Shown: positions 28,749-42,648 of the stretch, in pieces
Numbering within the stretch: position 1 is the stretch's first letter
How the letters are laid out: the number at the start of each line of letters is the position of its first letter
Assembly (NCBI GenBank): GCA_951406725.2
Contig: OX597825.1
Location: forward strand, 31,372,001 to 31,436,000
Source: Octopus vulgaris
Lineage: Eukaryota
DNA: 64,000 nucleotides
Direction of reading: 5' to 3'
The notes under the pieces: model-generated
What the model was told of the DNA's origin: nothing
Seen by the model: the letters and a program-made list of their open reading frames with translations, nothing else
The model's database searches: none
Program-made: the position numbers and the translations under genes

Positions 28749-29190
28749 TCTTTTATTTGTCAACAGGCCGAAGGATGAGGGGACAATAGAAAGATAGATA
28801 TTAAGAGCAGGTATTTACATATAATGAAAATTGAGAAAATAAATATATGCTAGTGTGTTTTTTCTGGCTTTGCTCCAGCATAGCCACATCACTGGAACTG
28901 AAGCATGTAAAGGAATAAAAGAATATATATAAACGTGTAGAAAGTATACACAGTATACAATAAGACAGAGAAGGGAAGCATACATAGTATACAAAAGTAA
29001 AAATACAATAAAATATAAAAAACAAAATGAGTATGATAATAGTGATGAAGCCCTCCTGACACAGGAGGACCTCTAGGACCCCCCCCACCTCCGTCCAAGA
29101 TCTCGCATCTCTGAACACGTAGGGCTGGTGCCGTCTCCTCTTTCCTCCAGTTGATGTTACATGCACCGTACCTCAATTAAACAATTGACT
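28749..29190 (-). mobile_element. Possible Tx1/L1-like 3' end abutting (GAT)n
   Basis: Minus strand has an F...W-type ORF end (VFRDARSWTEVGG), a T-rich UTR and AATAAAAGA joined directly to (CAT)n. Confidence 0.4.
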
Positions 29191-29194
29191 ATGT

Positions 29195-30800
29195 ATCGAA
29201 GGCTTGGAACTTATTTCTTCCAAACAGTTTTGATCGCCGCACCCGTCTAAGTCTACATAAAACTCTGCTTCATTTCTTCTTCCATCACTTCATTCTTCTC
29301 CAATATGCTCAGGTATTTATACTCATTTATACTCATCATCAATCCTTTCCATGATTTATCCTCTACCGTCAACTCTTACGACTTTACTCACATTAGAGAT
29401 CTTACTTCACATTTTTAGCCCAAATTCAATTTTGGTGTCCTTGGTAAATCAATGAACTCTGTTCACCAGATAACTGAGATGAACTTCGTCCTTGAGTTTA
29501 TTCTTAAATAAAAGATGGTTGATCTTATTTTGTTTTCCTTCAAACTCACATCCAGTCATTATTATTTTTAGCAGCAATGTTAAAGGAATCTTGTACAAAA
29601 CGAATACTAAAGGAAATACGCTGTCTATTTGAAAAATCCCTCTCTTGATTCTTAGCAATCCTAGATCCTGTCCGAATGGTGTGAGCTCAGTTTTACTCCT
29701 TCCCATGCTTCTCTAAAACCTCAAACATGTCAAACATTCAATGATCCACGAATGTGCTATCATGTCATAGGTGTTGCAGTAATCCATCCAAACCGTTGCT
29801 AAATTTGCTTTCTATCGTTTAGATTTTTTCACCATTTTATCTATGAGCTGCTGGTCTTTAGTTCCCTTGCAATTCTTTACAGCTTTTCTGCTCAGTAGCT
29901 AGAATTCTATTATCGTCAAGAAGTTTATACATTTCCTCAGCTATTATTCAAGTGGGCAGCTTCTAAATATGTAGGAGGCATAATCTGTAATCATCCACAG
30001 TCTTTAATTACCCATGTTCTGTAATAAAACACAGCATTTTCATTTGAAGCATGCTTCAAACACAGAACTGCTCGTCCAATAGTTATTCAACCAGATTACT
30101 CTTAATTTCCATTGATCTCTGCATTCTGCAGTTCTACTTCTCTTTTTATGATACACTTTAATCCAATAGCCTCGATCACCATCAGGTCTAGATGTTTCCA
30201 GTCACTCATCTTCCTATTCTGCTTCACATTCTCTCTTCCAGTTCTAATTTCTTCGAGCTCCTTTTAAATCTTGTAGTCATTCAATTACAGAATTATGTTG
30301 CTCTTCTTTACTCCACATCTCATTCAAAAATACACGACCTTCTTCTTCGTTTGGTATAACTCTTTCGTGTGCGTTTTTTCCGACTTATCTCTTGATAAAA
30401 TGTCTTCTGATCAATTTGGAATAATTTATTTTGCCTATCCTACTGCACTCTCTGAACATGTCTTGTTATTGTCCCTTTTCTTTGCCAAAATGCGCTGTTT
30501 TAATTCTTCAATCACAACATTCAGCGCTTTTCTGTTAATACCATAATTTTCGCCAACCTTCCATATCTATAACCGTACCAAAGCTCACCATTCCTCTTTC
30601 TTCAAATTCTGATACACCGTCAATGACCTTAACTATATCTCCTAATATTCTTCTTTACCCCCAATGGGTCTTTATTTTGTGTATTTTCGTGCTATTTGTT
30701 CTTTTACTGACTTTAATTCTTTCCATAACTATATTATCTACCTTGATAAAACATATCGGTTTCTTTTACGTTGTTGGGTCAAAATTTTGTCAACTTCCTT
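29195..30800 (-). mobile_element. Decayed R4-like non-LTR reverse transcriptase
   Basis: Minus-strand motifs EQK..KGTKDQQLID, NLATVWMDYCNTYDMIAHSWI, IKRGIFQIDSVFPL, KINHLLF and YKYLS, with many stops and frameshifts. Confidence 0.85.
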
Positions 30801-30806
30801 TAGTTT

Positions 30807-30880
<74 letters not shown>

Positions 30881-32021
30881 ACTTTGCTCAATTTCCAACA
30901 ATCAGCTTTTTTGAAGTCATACACACATTCTAAATGTTGGGAATTTACTTAAATATTCTAGTTAAAACTCCACCTCTATCAGTATCCTGCTGATCAAAAG
31001 TAAAGTCATCAGAATTTCGATTTGCTACCTTTTCGGATCCGTTGCCTTGAGTAGTATCATTCATCTCTTCAGTTTCTACCTTACTCTTCTGCACCGTATC
31101 TTCTTTGCCTGATTCCTGCTCGACACTTTCATTAATTTATCTCTTGGTGGCTTCAAATTCGATTTCAAACAACCATCCGTTCTTTCGAATTGCATTTGTC
31201 TGGCCACAAATCCTCTCAGCTTTATATCATTCAAGCACTGAGATCGATGGAATTGACTGTCCCTCACCCTCAAACTTTCAGGCCTTCTGCCTATAACAGA
31301 AAGGATTGCTATTATTATTTTTATCAAAAGGTGACGAGCTGGCAGAATCAAAAGGTGACGAGTCGAACAAATTGCTTAGAAGAATTTCTTCTAGATTTAC
31401 GTGCTAATTTTAAATTCTGCCGAGGTCGACTTTGCTTTTCATCCTTTTAGATTCGATTAAATAAGTACCATTTGAGCACTGGGGTCGAAGTAAATGACTA
31501 GCGTCCACCCACTCGAAATTCTGGCCTTGTACCTCGAGTAGAAAGGAGTGCCATTGTTCTTGTTGTAGTTTTATGTTTCCATACCTGAATTTGAGCAAAT
31601 TTTTAATATGGAATAATATGTATCAAATGTCATCTACTGTCTTTTTTATATACGTATTTCTTTACAGTAAAAACAGTTTTTGAAGAAAAAATATTTCTAA
31701 TTAATTATACGGAGCAAGAATGTTCTGATAAGATTTCTTTCTTTCTTTATTTTTTTTTTCTTTCTTGTCTGAGATTCATCAGGAAAATGAAGACACAGCT
31801 CACATTCTATGCATATGTTTGGACACGATTTAAGGTTCAGTTTGTATTTGAAGCAAGTTAATTACATTCGACAACGAAAAATCAATATTAAAACCTCTCA
31901 CATTTTTCAATATGGTTTTTGTATTGTTTGCATGAAATTTAGTTCTACGTATTTTGTTTCGTGATCCTTGTTATTGCTGTGACTGATATTTTAAATTTCT
32001 TCTTCAGTATCATCCTCATTA

Positions 32022-32142
<121 letters not shown>

Positions 32143-32241
32143 TTATTATTGTTATTATTATTATTCTACTGCTGCTTAATATTTCACATTGTTCCTTAAT
32201 AAATTACATTGTAGTTATATTTACATGCATATATATGTATG

Positions 32242-32280
<39 letters not shown>

Positions 32281-32330
32281 GCATATTTAGAGAGGGAGAG
32301 AAACACACACATATATGACATGTATGCATG

Positions 32331-32383
<53 letters not shown>

Positions 32384-32525
32384 TATATGTATATATATTA
32401 TATGTATATATAATTATACATATATATGTATATATATTAAACATATATATGTATATATATTATATGTATGTATATATACATGTATGTATAATTTATATAT
32501 ACTTGTATATATATATGCATGTATA

Positions 32526-32558
<33 letters not shown>

Positions 32559-32668
32559 GTAGGCTCGAAACGTAAAAGACTTTCATTTGCCCATGTGTTA
32601 AACTAATACACTTGCTTGTTGTTCGTACACCTGTCTTCGTCTTTCGTTTTACTATAATTTTCAACTAC
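32559..32668 (+). mobile_element. (TA)n-flanked fragment with hammerhead 3' half
   Basis: GCTC-GAAA-CG-TA-AAAGAC. The downstream sequence is homologous (reverse complement) to 59581-59770. Confidence 0.55.
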
Positions 32669-32687
32669 ATATATATATATATATATA

Positions 32688-32730
<43 letters not shown>

Positions 32731-33194
32731 ATGTATGTATTTATGTATGTATGTATATGTATATGTAATGTGAGCGCTAAAATTACTTGAGAAAGCTATC
32801 TATTGTTTCATTTTGCGAGTCATCAGATTGATAAGAAAAGAAGACAAGCATTTTAGATAATGAGGAAAAAGCGTGGGAAGCTTAAAAATCCGGGAAAATC
32901 AAATAATATGCAGACAGGTAGGAATAATATTTTTTTTAACAAAAAGCAAATTATGGGGGAAAAAAAGCCTAATATTTTTCATCGATTATAGTGAAATTAC
33001 TGTATGTTATATACACGATAAATTTATATTAATAATGTTAATATCATGTAGGAAAGGGACATGATTCTAATCATGGTTATTTTTTAGAAACCAGTTTATT
33101 TTGCGGGAAATGCGGAATGGTCCAAAAGAAAAAGGGATAGTCTCTGGTGATTTTGATTACTAATAAAAAATATGTATATAAATGCGCCCTTTTA

Positions 33195-33453
33195 AATAAA
33201 TATAAATGCGCCCTTTTAAAGCCTAGCCAGACTTATGGGCCCGGTTTCCCGGTTTCCACGGCGTATGTGTTCCCAAGTTGGATGGGACGCTAGTCCATCG
33301 CAGCGTTACTCATTTATGCCAGCTGAGTGGACTGAGGCAACTTGAAATGAAGTGTTTTGCTCAAGAACACAACGCCTCGCCCGGTCTAGAAATCGAAACC
33401 ACAATCTTACGATCATGATGCTGACACCCTAACCACTAAGCCACGCGCCTCCA
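33195..33453 (-). mobile_element. tRNA-derived SINE (head D, tail Y)
   Basis: Head GTGGAGGCGCGTGGCTTAGTGGTTAGGG...GGTTTCGATTTCT; tail shared with the 48750 copy. Confidence 0.8.
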
Positions 33454-34083
33454 CGATTACTAATAAGTATTGGGCAAATTATGGCATAACAATAGTGTGT
33501 TTCTTAGATAAATGAAGATGCCAGTATATTTTAAGTTATTATATTTCAAATAATTAGAAGAGAGTCGAAATAAAAGAAGAATGTCTAGATTGATGAGAAA
33601 AGAAGACTGTCTCGATATCAGGTTTGTGAGTTGAATTAATTTAATCAGGCGCGTCTTAACAACATTACAGGCCCCCGAGCAAATCAAGGCACTCGGTTCT
33701 GTAGTATTTATATATTGACAGCAAGCCACTATACAGATAGATCAAAATTGGACCCCTAGACTCGTGAGGCCCCTGACACCTGCCCAGTGTTCTCATGCCT
33801 TAAAGTGGCAGAGGATTTAACATCTTAAACTTTTTTTATTTTTGTAATAAGATTCCGCGTAATTCCTGTTATTTATGAGTATGTTGCTCAGTGCAGAAAG
33901 GAAAATAAGTACGTTAAACCTTTTTGTTACCATATTTCTGTTGAAATACACTGTCTGTGTCTAAATTAGTCTTGAAAATAATAAAGAGTTTATTAAAACG
34001 ATTACTTTTATTACTAATCAGGTGTCTGAGGCATAAGTTAATATGTAATTCTGAGGGAAGGTTTTAATTAAGATTATTTAAAG

Positions 34084-34485
34084 CAAGGAGTGGCTGTGTG
34101 GTAAGTAGCTTGCCTACCAACCACATGGTTCTGGGTTCGGTCCCACTGCGTGGCATCTTGGGCAAGTGTCTTCTGCTATAGCCTCGGGCCGACCAAAGCC
34201 TTGTGAGTGGATTTGGTAGACGGAAACTGAAAGAAGCCTGTCGTATATATGTATATATATATAAGTGTATGTGTTTGTGTGTCTGTGTTTGTTCCCCTAG
34301 CATTGCTTGACAACCGATGCTGGTGTGTTTACGTCCCCGTCACTTAGCGGTTCGGCAAAAGAGACCGATAGAATAAGTACTGGGCTTACAAAGAATAAGT
34401 CCCGGGGTCGATTTGCTCGACTAAAGGCGGTGCTCCAGCATGGCCGCAGTCATATGACTGAAACAAGTAAAAAGAGAAAAAGAGA
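34084..34485 (+). mobile_element. SINE family A, full length
   Basis: A/B boxes at about 34090-34145; tail GGTGCTCCAGCATGGCCGCAGTC...AAGTAAAAAGAG. Confidence 0.88.
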
Positions 34486-34896
34486 AAAAGGAGTTTTTTA
34501 TCAAAGAACCACTACAGGTTCAAGAAGGGATGGAATGAATAGGGTTCGATTATGGAAGAGGGTTGTACGAGAAAAGTCACGGGTATACAGAATATTTCAA
34601 TGCGTGATTCAGGGAAAAGAGAAGTTCTTTTATCTTCTATCTTTTATATGTTTCAGTCGTTTCACTGCGGCCATGCTGGGGCAACGCCTTGAAGACTTTT
34701 TAGTCGAATGAATCGACCCCGATACTTCTTATTTTTTAAAGCGTGTTACTTATTCTTTCGGTCTCATTTAGGCGAACCGCTAGTTTGCAGGGACGTAAAC
34801 ATACCAATATCGGTTGTCAAGCGGTGCAGTGGGAAAGACAAACACACACACACACACAGGTGTGTGTGTGTATGTGTATATATATATATGTATATA

Positions 34897-34964
<68 letters not shown>

Positions 34965-35022
34965 TACATATATATATGTATGTATGTATCTATCTATCTA
35001 TCTATCTATATATATATATATA

Positions 35023-36230
35023 CTAGCTGAAGGTGACCCGCTCTACGCGCGGGTAAGAGTGTGGTTGTTACTTTCTGTTGCTTCCTTTCAGCACGTAAAA
35101 AGCACCATCCGAACGTGGCCGATTGCAGCACCGCCTTGAATTGCTTCTGTGCCGGTGGTACGTAGAAAGCACCAACCGATCGTTGCTGCTGCAAGCCCCC
35201 CTGGCACCTGTGCCGGCGGCACGAAAAAAGCACCCACTACGCTCACAGAGTGGTTGGCGTTAGGAAGGTCATCCACCTGTAGAAACACTGCCAGATCAGA
35301 CTGGAGCCTGGTGCAGCCTCCTGGCTTCCCAGACCCCGGTCACACTGTCCAACCCGTGCTAGCACGGAAAACGGACGTTAAATGATGATGATGATGATGA
35401 TGATTCTCCGTCTTTGTTTCTCTCTCCTTTCTCTCTCACTTTCCTACTCTCTTACTTTTCTTTTCTCTCGGACTCTCCCTCGCTTTCTCTTACTCTCTAT
35501 CTTTATCTATCTCTCTCCCATTTATAAACAACAGAAGATCTTGAGTAAGTTGAGAAATAAAATATTTAGAAAGATCAATCATAAATATCAGGCAGTGGCA
35601 ACGGAAAGGTCTGCTTCAAGGCAGACAGCAAAACGCTAACATTTAAAAGGGACAGACGAACTTGCGAGCTGAATAAAAATAATAAAATATTGGAAACCAA
35701 AGTTTGAAGGGATAGAATCTGAGGATAGTAGAGTCACCATGGCTGGCATTTCTTAACGACGGACAGCGACGTATTGACAGTTTAACGGCTGGCGTAAAAT
35801 TTTGAACTTGATGTAAAAGAAAATTCGTAAACACCAAGTTTTGAAGTGATTCTTTCTCACGACAGTAGACTCACCATGGCAAGCATTCAAAACTTCTTTA
35901 TCGTGGACGGCAACACATTGACGATTAAAAGGCTGGCGCAAATTTTTTAGCTTAATGTAACAGAGAATTCCTAAACACCCGCTCCTTGAAATTTTAATCC
36001 CCTTCCAGCCCCATTTAGACCCCTTTTCACATTTTGGTTAATATAACCCGATTTCATTCGGGTCTACTGGGGTCACATTTTATAAGATGAGGAATTTTGT
36101 CCTAGAGGTGACGCCTTTCATTTGAGGAAAAAATAGTTGTCATGCAAACTTGCCAGCACTTTTAACATAGGTGTGCATATTTTCAGCTGAATCGACCGAC
36201 TACGTAATACACACATTATATATATATATG

Positions 36231-36264
<34 letters not shown>

Positions 36265-37044
36265 CACGCATTATATATACAAATGTATACAAATGAGATA
36301 TATATCTGTATAAATTAAATTAGAGATAAAACCACTAATAGGCAAATCAAACAGTGAAAAACCAAAAACAAAAACACAAAAAAATATAATATATAAAATA
36401 TATAAAATAAAAAATTGAAAAATTCAAATTATTTAAATAGAAAATAAAAATTATTAAATTATATATATAATTTGTTTAAAAATATATATAACTATGAAAA
36501 AGTATGAAAAAGTTAAATATACATAAATACAGATATATACACTTTGTATATATACATTATATATACATATTTATATATAGAACACACACACGCACATACA
36601 TTATATGTACATATTTATATATAGAACACACACACACATATAAATGAACGCAAGAATATCTGATTCATAATATTTGTTCTCATGCTCGTGTGTTGTTGGT
36701 GACAGACAGATACATAAAAGAACGCCGAAGTGATGAGAAGGTAGGAAACAGAGTGAGTGAAAAAGAGAGGAAATAGCGAGAGTGACAGATACATTAAATA
36801 ACGTGAGTGGAATTGTGAAAGTTATAAATGAAGGGGAGTGAGAGGGGAATGTAGGAAATAGCGTGAGTGAGGAAGATGGCCCCTAGCAACCACACCTTTT
36901 AAGATATGGATTTCTAAGGTAGCCCACGGGTATCGTCACCTCATTCTACATGTCCCTGTAAATTTTGGAGCGAATCGGACGGGACGTAGTGGCATTGAAA
37001 TCGATCCAAGCTGTAAAAACGCATTTCAGTTTTATATATAGAGA
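35023..37044 (-). mobile_element. Non-autonomous Helitron with nested insertions
   Basis: Minus strand 5' TCTCTATATATAAAAC, 3' hairpin ACCCGCGCGTAGAGCGGGT then CTAG, A|T target. Internal repeat of about 130 bp at 35720-35980. Confidence 0.65.
35075..35403 (+). mobile_element. SINE/LINE 3' segment with (ATG)n tail
   Basis: TTGGCGTTAGGAAGG.CATCCA.C...GGACGTTAAATGATGATG; a related copy lies at about 4610-4840. Confidence 0.7.
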
Positions 37045-37372
37045 TGAAATCAAAATAAACAAGAATGACTCCGGTAATTTGGTACGATCGTTTCGTACTA
37101 CATCATTTTATTAAATGTTGTAAGTATTACAACAGATTTAAGATGCTGAGTACTCATCATCTTAAATATGTTGTAATACTTACAACATTTAATAAAATGA
37201 TGTAGTACAAAACAATCGTACCAAATTACCGGAGTCATTCTTGTTGCTTATTTTGATTATAATCACACCACGGATTTTTATGGATAACACCATACAAAAT
37301 TCTGGTGCATCTAAATTAAGTACCATATTCATTTGAATCTAAATTTTTGCAATATATATATATATATATATA

Positions 37373-37640
37373 CTCTTTTACTCTTTTACTTGTTTCAGTC
37401 ATTTGACTGCGGCCATGCTGGAACACCGTCTTTTGTCGAGCAAATCGCCCCCCCACCCGGGACTTATTCTCTGTAAGCCTAGTACTTATTCTATTGGTCT
37501 CTTTTGCCGAACCGCTAAGTTACGGGGAGGTAAACACACCAGCATCGGTTGTCAAGCGATTTTGGAGGGACAAACACAGTCACACAAACATATCGACACA
37601 CACACACACACATACACATACATACATACATAAATACATA

Positions 37641-37711
<71 letters not shown>

Positions 37712-37824
37712 GACGGGCTTCTTTCAGTTTCCGTCTACCAAATCCACTCACAAGGCTTTGGGTAAGTAGAAGACACTTACCCAAGGTGCCACGCAGTGGG
37801 ACTGAACTCGGAACAATGTGGCTG

Positions 37825-37825
<1 letters not shown>
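37373..37825 (-). mobile_element. SINE family A, head truncated by the (TA)n/PLE insertion
   Basis: Matches family A; stops at the (TA)n run at about 37828. Confidence 0.8.
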
Positions 37826-37873
<48 letters not shown>

Positions 37874-37912
37874 TAAAACATGGAGTTAACGCAGGTGTAA
37901 ACAAATATTTTT

Positions 37913-37998
37913 ACTTTCGACACATGTTTCGAAAATTCCACTGATACTATTCAAAAGAATAAATGGTATAAACAATGCAATCTTCTCTTCGGGAAAGT
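37913..37998 (-). ncRNA. Type I hammerhead motif of the PLE (U4C core variant)
   Basis: ACTTTC-CCGAAGA-GAAGATT...AATTTTC-GAAA-CATGTG-TC-GAAAGT, with a 6-bp stem I and a 7-bp stem II. Confidence 0.8.
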
Positions 37999-38199
37999 GA
38001 AAAAAACAAAACTCGTCAATACGACATTTTAGCAAAAAATGATGGATTTGTATAGCGATAGACAGAACGCTATTAATATTGTTTAAAAAAAAATTATATG
38101 ATATAACGTCATAAGTAGCTAACAGAAAGAGTAGGGATATTAATAATGAATGTTAAATATAAAGGAAATTAAAGTTTAAATTATATATAATGATAGAGA

Positions 38200-40526
38200 C
38201 TACTTATATGAACTAAATGTATGTTTTTGCCAATGCTTACATCTGTATGCTCGCTCTATAACCCTGTTTACTAGAGTATTTTTAGAAAAAATAATAAAAA
38301 ATAGCTCAGAATTGCAGAGAAGACAGAATTTCTTGCCTTTGTCATATGGTATTGAAATTGAGAGGATCAACCATTCTAAATGAAATTGTTCATTGTGGTC
38401 TTTTAAATCCCAAATCAGTTTGCTGAGACCGGTACTATTCCGTTTATTTCTATCCCTAAATGTTGAGTAATGGATAGAAATTCTTTTAGATAACTCTAAC
38501 GATGTGCTTCCAATGTAAAATCGTACTTTATTACGAGTACTGATTATACACTGGTATATAGAATTTTTAATCTTAGAGTTACTTGACATAAATTTAATTC
38601 TATTGGAATTGACTTCAGATACAATAACCTTGTTATTAATATTTCTAGAGGGTTGGATGGTATTAGCTAAATTAATGTTAGTATTAGTAAATGTATTAAT
38701 ATTTAACAGTTTGCTATTATGAGAAGATATAATTTGCAAGAGATTTTTTGTGTTTGAAAAACCTATCCTAACCTTATGTGAATTAATTATAGAGTAATAT
38801 CTAGAATTGTTTGGAAAATTCCTAGCAATAGCTTGACGAAACAGCAGTGGGAGATTAGATTTAATTTGTCTCCCGTAAGGAATTATTAACCAAATATTTT
38901 TACTAGTATTCATAGCGTAATTACTTTTGAAGGTGTTATATTTACTTTTAGATCGATAATAGGGGATTAAATAAGGGTTATCTGCCTTCATTCGCTTTGT
39001 ATCGGTGCGTAAGTTATGTTTGTTATCAATAATTCTTTTACGACTAGAAATCTTATCTACATTATTGAATTTACAATTAGACTGAGCAGAATCAATGTAG
39101 AAAATTTTTTGTGTATAACCTGCTTTGCTTAAGGCAGAGTTATAGAATTCAGCGTTATTATTGAAAATATCAACATTAGCAGATAATTTAGATAATCTAA
39201 ATGAAATATTCTTAACCAAGTTCTTAGTAATTGCTCCAGGATGATTACTAAATTTGCTAATGTACTTAAGATTGGTCAACGGTTTATGATATGGGAAGTA
39301 AGAGTCACTGTGTAAATTAAGCGTAATATCTAAAAAGTTGACCTTCGTCAGATCGTCATCAAAAACGATTTTTAAGCCCATTCTACTGAAAAAGTTAACT
39401 AAACTATTCTTAACTTTCTGTACCTTTTGGTTGGAAACATTTTGGAGGTAAAGTAAACAATCATCACGATATAGACCTCCATAAATGTTAGGGAACTCTT
39501 CAGCCATTTCAAAAAGAATATATATACAGACCAAATCAGCTATCTGTGCTAAATCAGAACTTCCCATTGTTATATCGAAACTATCTGGTGTGTCTTTACG
39601 GACCCACAACTTATCATCAAATTTAATAATAGATCTTCTGGCTGCCAACACAACATTAATTTCTTCTCGGGTGAGACCAGCTTTGTTATGAGCAAGCCAA
39701 AGTGCCTTATTAAGTACTATTGGATTAATAGATGAATAAAAATTGGAAATATCAAACTGGATAAACTTTGTACTCACCTTACTGTTAATAGACCTAAACC
39801 AGTCAACTACTTCAAATGAATTAGTCCATAAACTAGTTTTAATGTTTTGATTAAATTAGGAATATATTTATCTATTATATTTTTACTAAGGATACCGATA
39901 TCAGAGCTAGAAGGGCAGATAAGCCTTAATGATGGGTTAGTAAAAAAATTTGGTTTGTGATCCTTCAAAATGAACTGAGGTTGCTTAGGAACAAGTGGTT
40001 CTGTCTTCATTTGTAGGTTATATTTCTCCATGATTTTCATAGCCTCAATGTTGGCTTTCTTAAGTATTCTTTTATCAGCAATGTTATACTTTTTCTGAAT
40101 TTCTTTTTTAAGTAATTCCAAATAATAGTCTTTATAAAGTTTGTACAGATTTCCAGTCTTATCAGATTGAACCAACATAGTATCCATAGAATTGATTTCT
40201 TTGGTGATGTTGCGAAGATACCTCAGATGTTCATTTCTTAGTGGTGATCATTGAAATTTAACATTTCTCACAATGGACCAGAGATCATCTTCAAATTGCT
40301 TCAATCTTGGGTTAGGCGGCGGACTATTTTTAGATTTAAATAACTTGTTGAACTCAGATGCTTTATCATTAGTGTGTTGTTGAGTGTAATTTTTGTCAAA
40401 GAAAAAGGTAAGCCATCTTATTCGGTTGATGAATGAATTAATCTTATTGACAAGTTGTTTAAGGAAAACATTCTTAGGTGGAATAGGAATGTCTTTAAGA
40501 GATGCGTTAATATTCAATAACTCCAT
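38200..40526 (-). pseudogene. PLE polyprotein (reverse transcriptase + C-terminal GIY-YIG endonuclease), about 775 aa, one in-frame TGA and one frameshift
   Basis: SLKDIPIP..RIRW N-terminus; SDKTGNLY, LKDHKPNF, RLICP, FDISNFYSSI, ITMGS, YRDD, VNFLDI; SIYQC..FYIG..KR..H; terminal CLLC..E..N..CKH. TGA at 40248-40250 is in frame with the next ORF; frameshift at about 39836. Confidence 0.93.
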
Positions 40527-40759
40527 ATGCTGTAACTATTCAGTTAGCAGGTTATTAATAAACCTGATTAAAGTATTATAAATAGATGAGTGTATTTTTA
40601 CCTTGTTAACAATTAACACGGAAAAATAAATAAATAGTTACCAGGGCAGCAAAAATCTCACAAGTAAAGGTGTTGTAACTCCTTGTATATAAAGGTAGAA
40701 ACTTCGTATTTACGTTGAATATTTGAATATGAATAAAAAATGGAGTTAACGCAGGTGTA

Positions 40760-40825
<66 letters not shown>

Positions 40826-41886
40826 TTTATATATGAAGGGATTCTTTCGGTTTCTATCTACCAAATCGACTCAGAAGGCTTTGGTGTGTCCGGGACTATA
40901 GTGGAAGACACTTGCCTAAGATACTACTCATTGGCACTGAACCCGGAATCATGTGGTTGGAAAGCAAACATTTTACCACACAGTCACGCTTGGAAGAATA
41001 TTTTACGAGATGTCCAGCTGAACGATTTAAGAGGAAGACATGCAATGAAGGAAGAAAAATGCAATGTACTTGGCTGAGTGTAGGAGTAATAAGTGCAATA
41101 TCATAAAAATTAAAATAGATATGGAAATATTAGGATTTTTTTATAGTGACGATTGATAAATTGAGAGTATTAAGTTTTCATCTGTTTGTATGACTGTGTA
41201 TACACATGTGTGTATGTATAATTTCATACGTGTGGGCAACTTCTAGATAATATATATCCTCTCAATGGATTTGTAAGTAATTTAGTATGTTGTGGCTGAC
41301 AGAAAAGTATAAAAACTGGGGAAAGATGTGTTATAGTAAAAAGTAAATAAAGAGCTGAGAGTGCCCGCTAAAATAAAAAAAAATTATGAATGTGAGTGCT
41401 GGGATTAGCAAATTATCATTGACGTCATGCATTAGGGAACGGAGTTTTATATTGGTATCAAATATCTCTTTTTGCTCATTTTATGAGACGGGGAATGCAT
41501 TATCGGAACACTCACTAGTCTACCGACAACAAATCCGGAACACCAATGTTCACCAAATTCCATTCGGCGAACATACAAAGATGTGGTCAGAAAATGTTTC
41601 TAATTTTTCCTTTCCACAAACTACACAAAAAATAAGGATACAATCTATATAAGATTTTACCGAGTAGCCAGCGTGTAAAACCAGTTTTACATATAAAGGA
41701 GAAAATTATATATTTTGTATTAATTTTTTTCCTTAATTGGTTTTACACGCTGGCAACTCGATAAAATCTTATATAGATTTTATCTTTATATTTATATATA
41801 TACATATATAGACACATATATATATACATATATATATACATAAATATGTATATATACGTATATATACATACATATATGCATACATA

Positions 41887-41942
<56 letters not shown>

Positions 41943-42177
41943 CATATATACACACATATATACACATATTTAGACAATATATATACATATATATATACAA
42001 AGATATACATGTACATTCATATATATTTACATATATATATATATATATATACATACATACATACATACATACATACATACATACATACATACATACATAC
42101 ATACATACATACATACATACATACATAGGGAAACTATTAAAAGTGAAAAAATAAAAGTGAAACAATACAAAAAATGA

Positions 42178-42501
42178 AACTATTTATAACTGTTACTCCG
42201 TCGAAGGTTGTATATATACATATATTTTCCGAGCACACAATCTTAGATGAAGTCACTTGCTATGCAAGTACATCTCTCTAAATAGAAGGATTATATATCT
42301 ATGAAATGTTCTATTGTTTTAACTGAAATGAAAATAAAACTTTGTATTGACATTACCAGCCTTCGCATATATATAGTATTGGTTTTACTCGCTGGCAACT
42401 CGATAAAATCTTTATATTTATATATATACATATATAGACATATATATATATACATAAATATGTATATATACGTATATATACATACATATATGCATACATA
42501 A

Positions 42502-42532
<31 letters not shown>

Positions 42533-42611
42533 CACACATATATATACACATATATAGACAATATATATACATTTATATATAGAAAGATATACATGTACAT
42601 TCATATATATT

Positions 42612-42648
<37 letters not shown>

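Larger units (their letters stand above)
37869..40767 (-). mobile_element. Penelope-like retroelement, near full length, inside (TA)n
   Basis: RT + GIY-YIG ORF; terminal direct repeat GAATAAAA.ATGGAGTTAACGCAGGTGTAAACAAATAT at 37871 and 40731; hammerhead in the 3' UTR; (TA)n on both flanks. Confidence 0.93.

Noticed and set aside
32795-32832. Minus-strand CTGATGA...GAAAC
   Set aside because: The intervening and flanking bases do not pair.
39807-39845. Programmed frameshift in the PLE ORF
   Set aside because: PLEs normally have a single ORF; loss of one A in an A-run (mutation or sequencing error) explains it.
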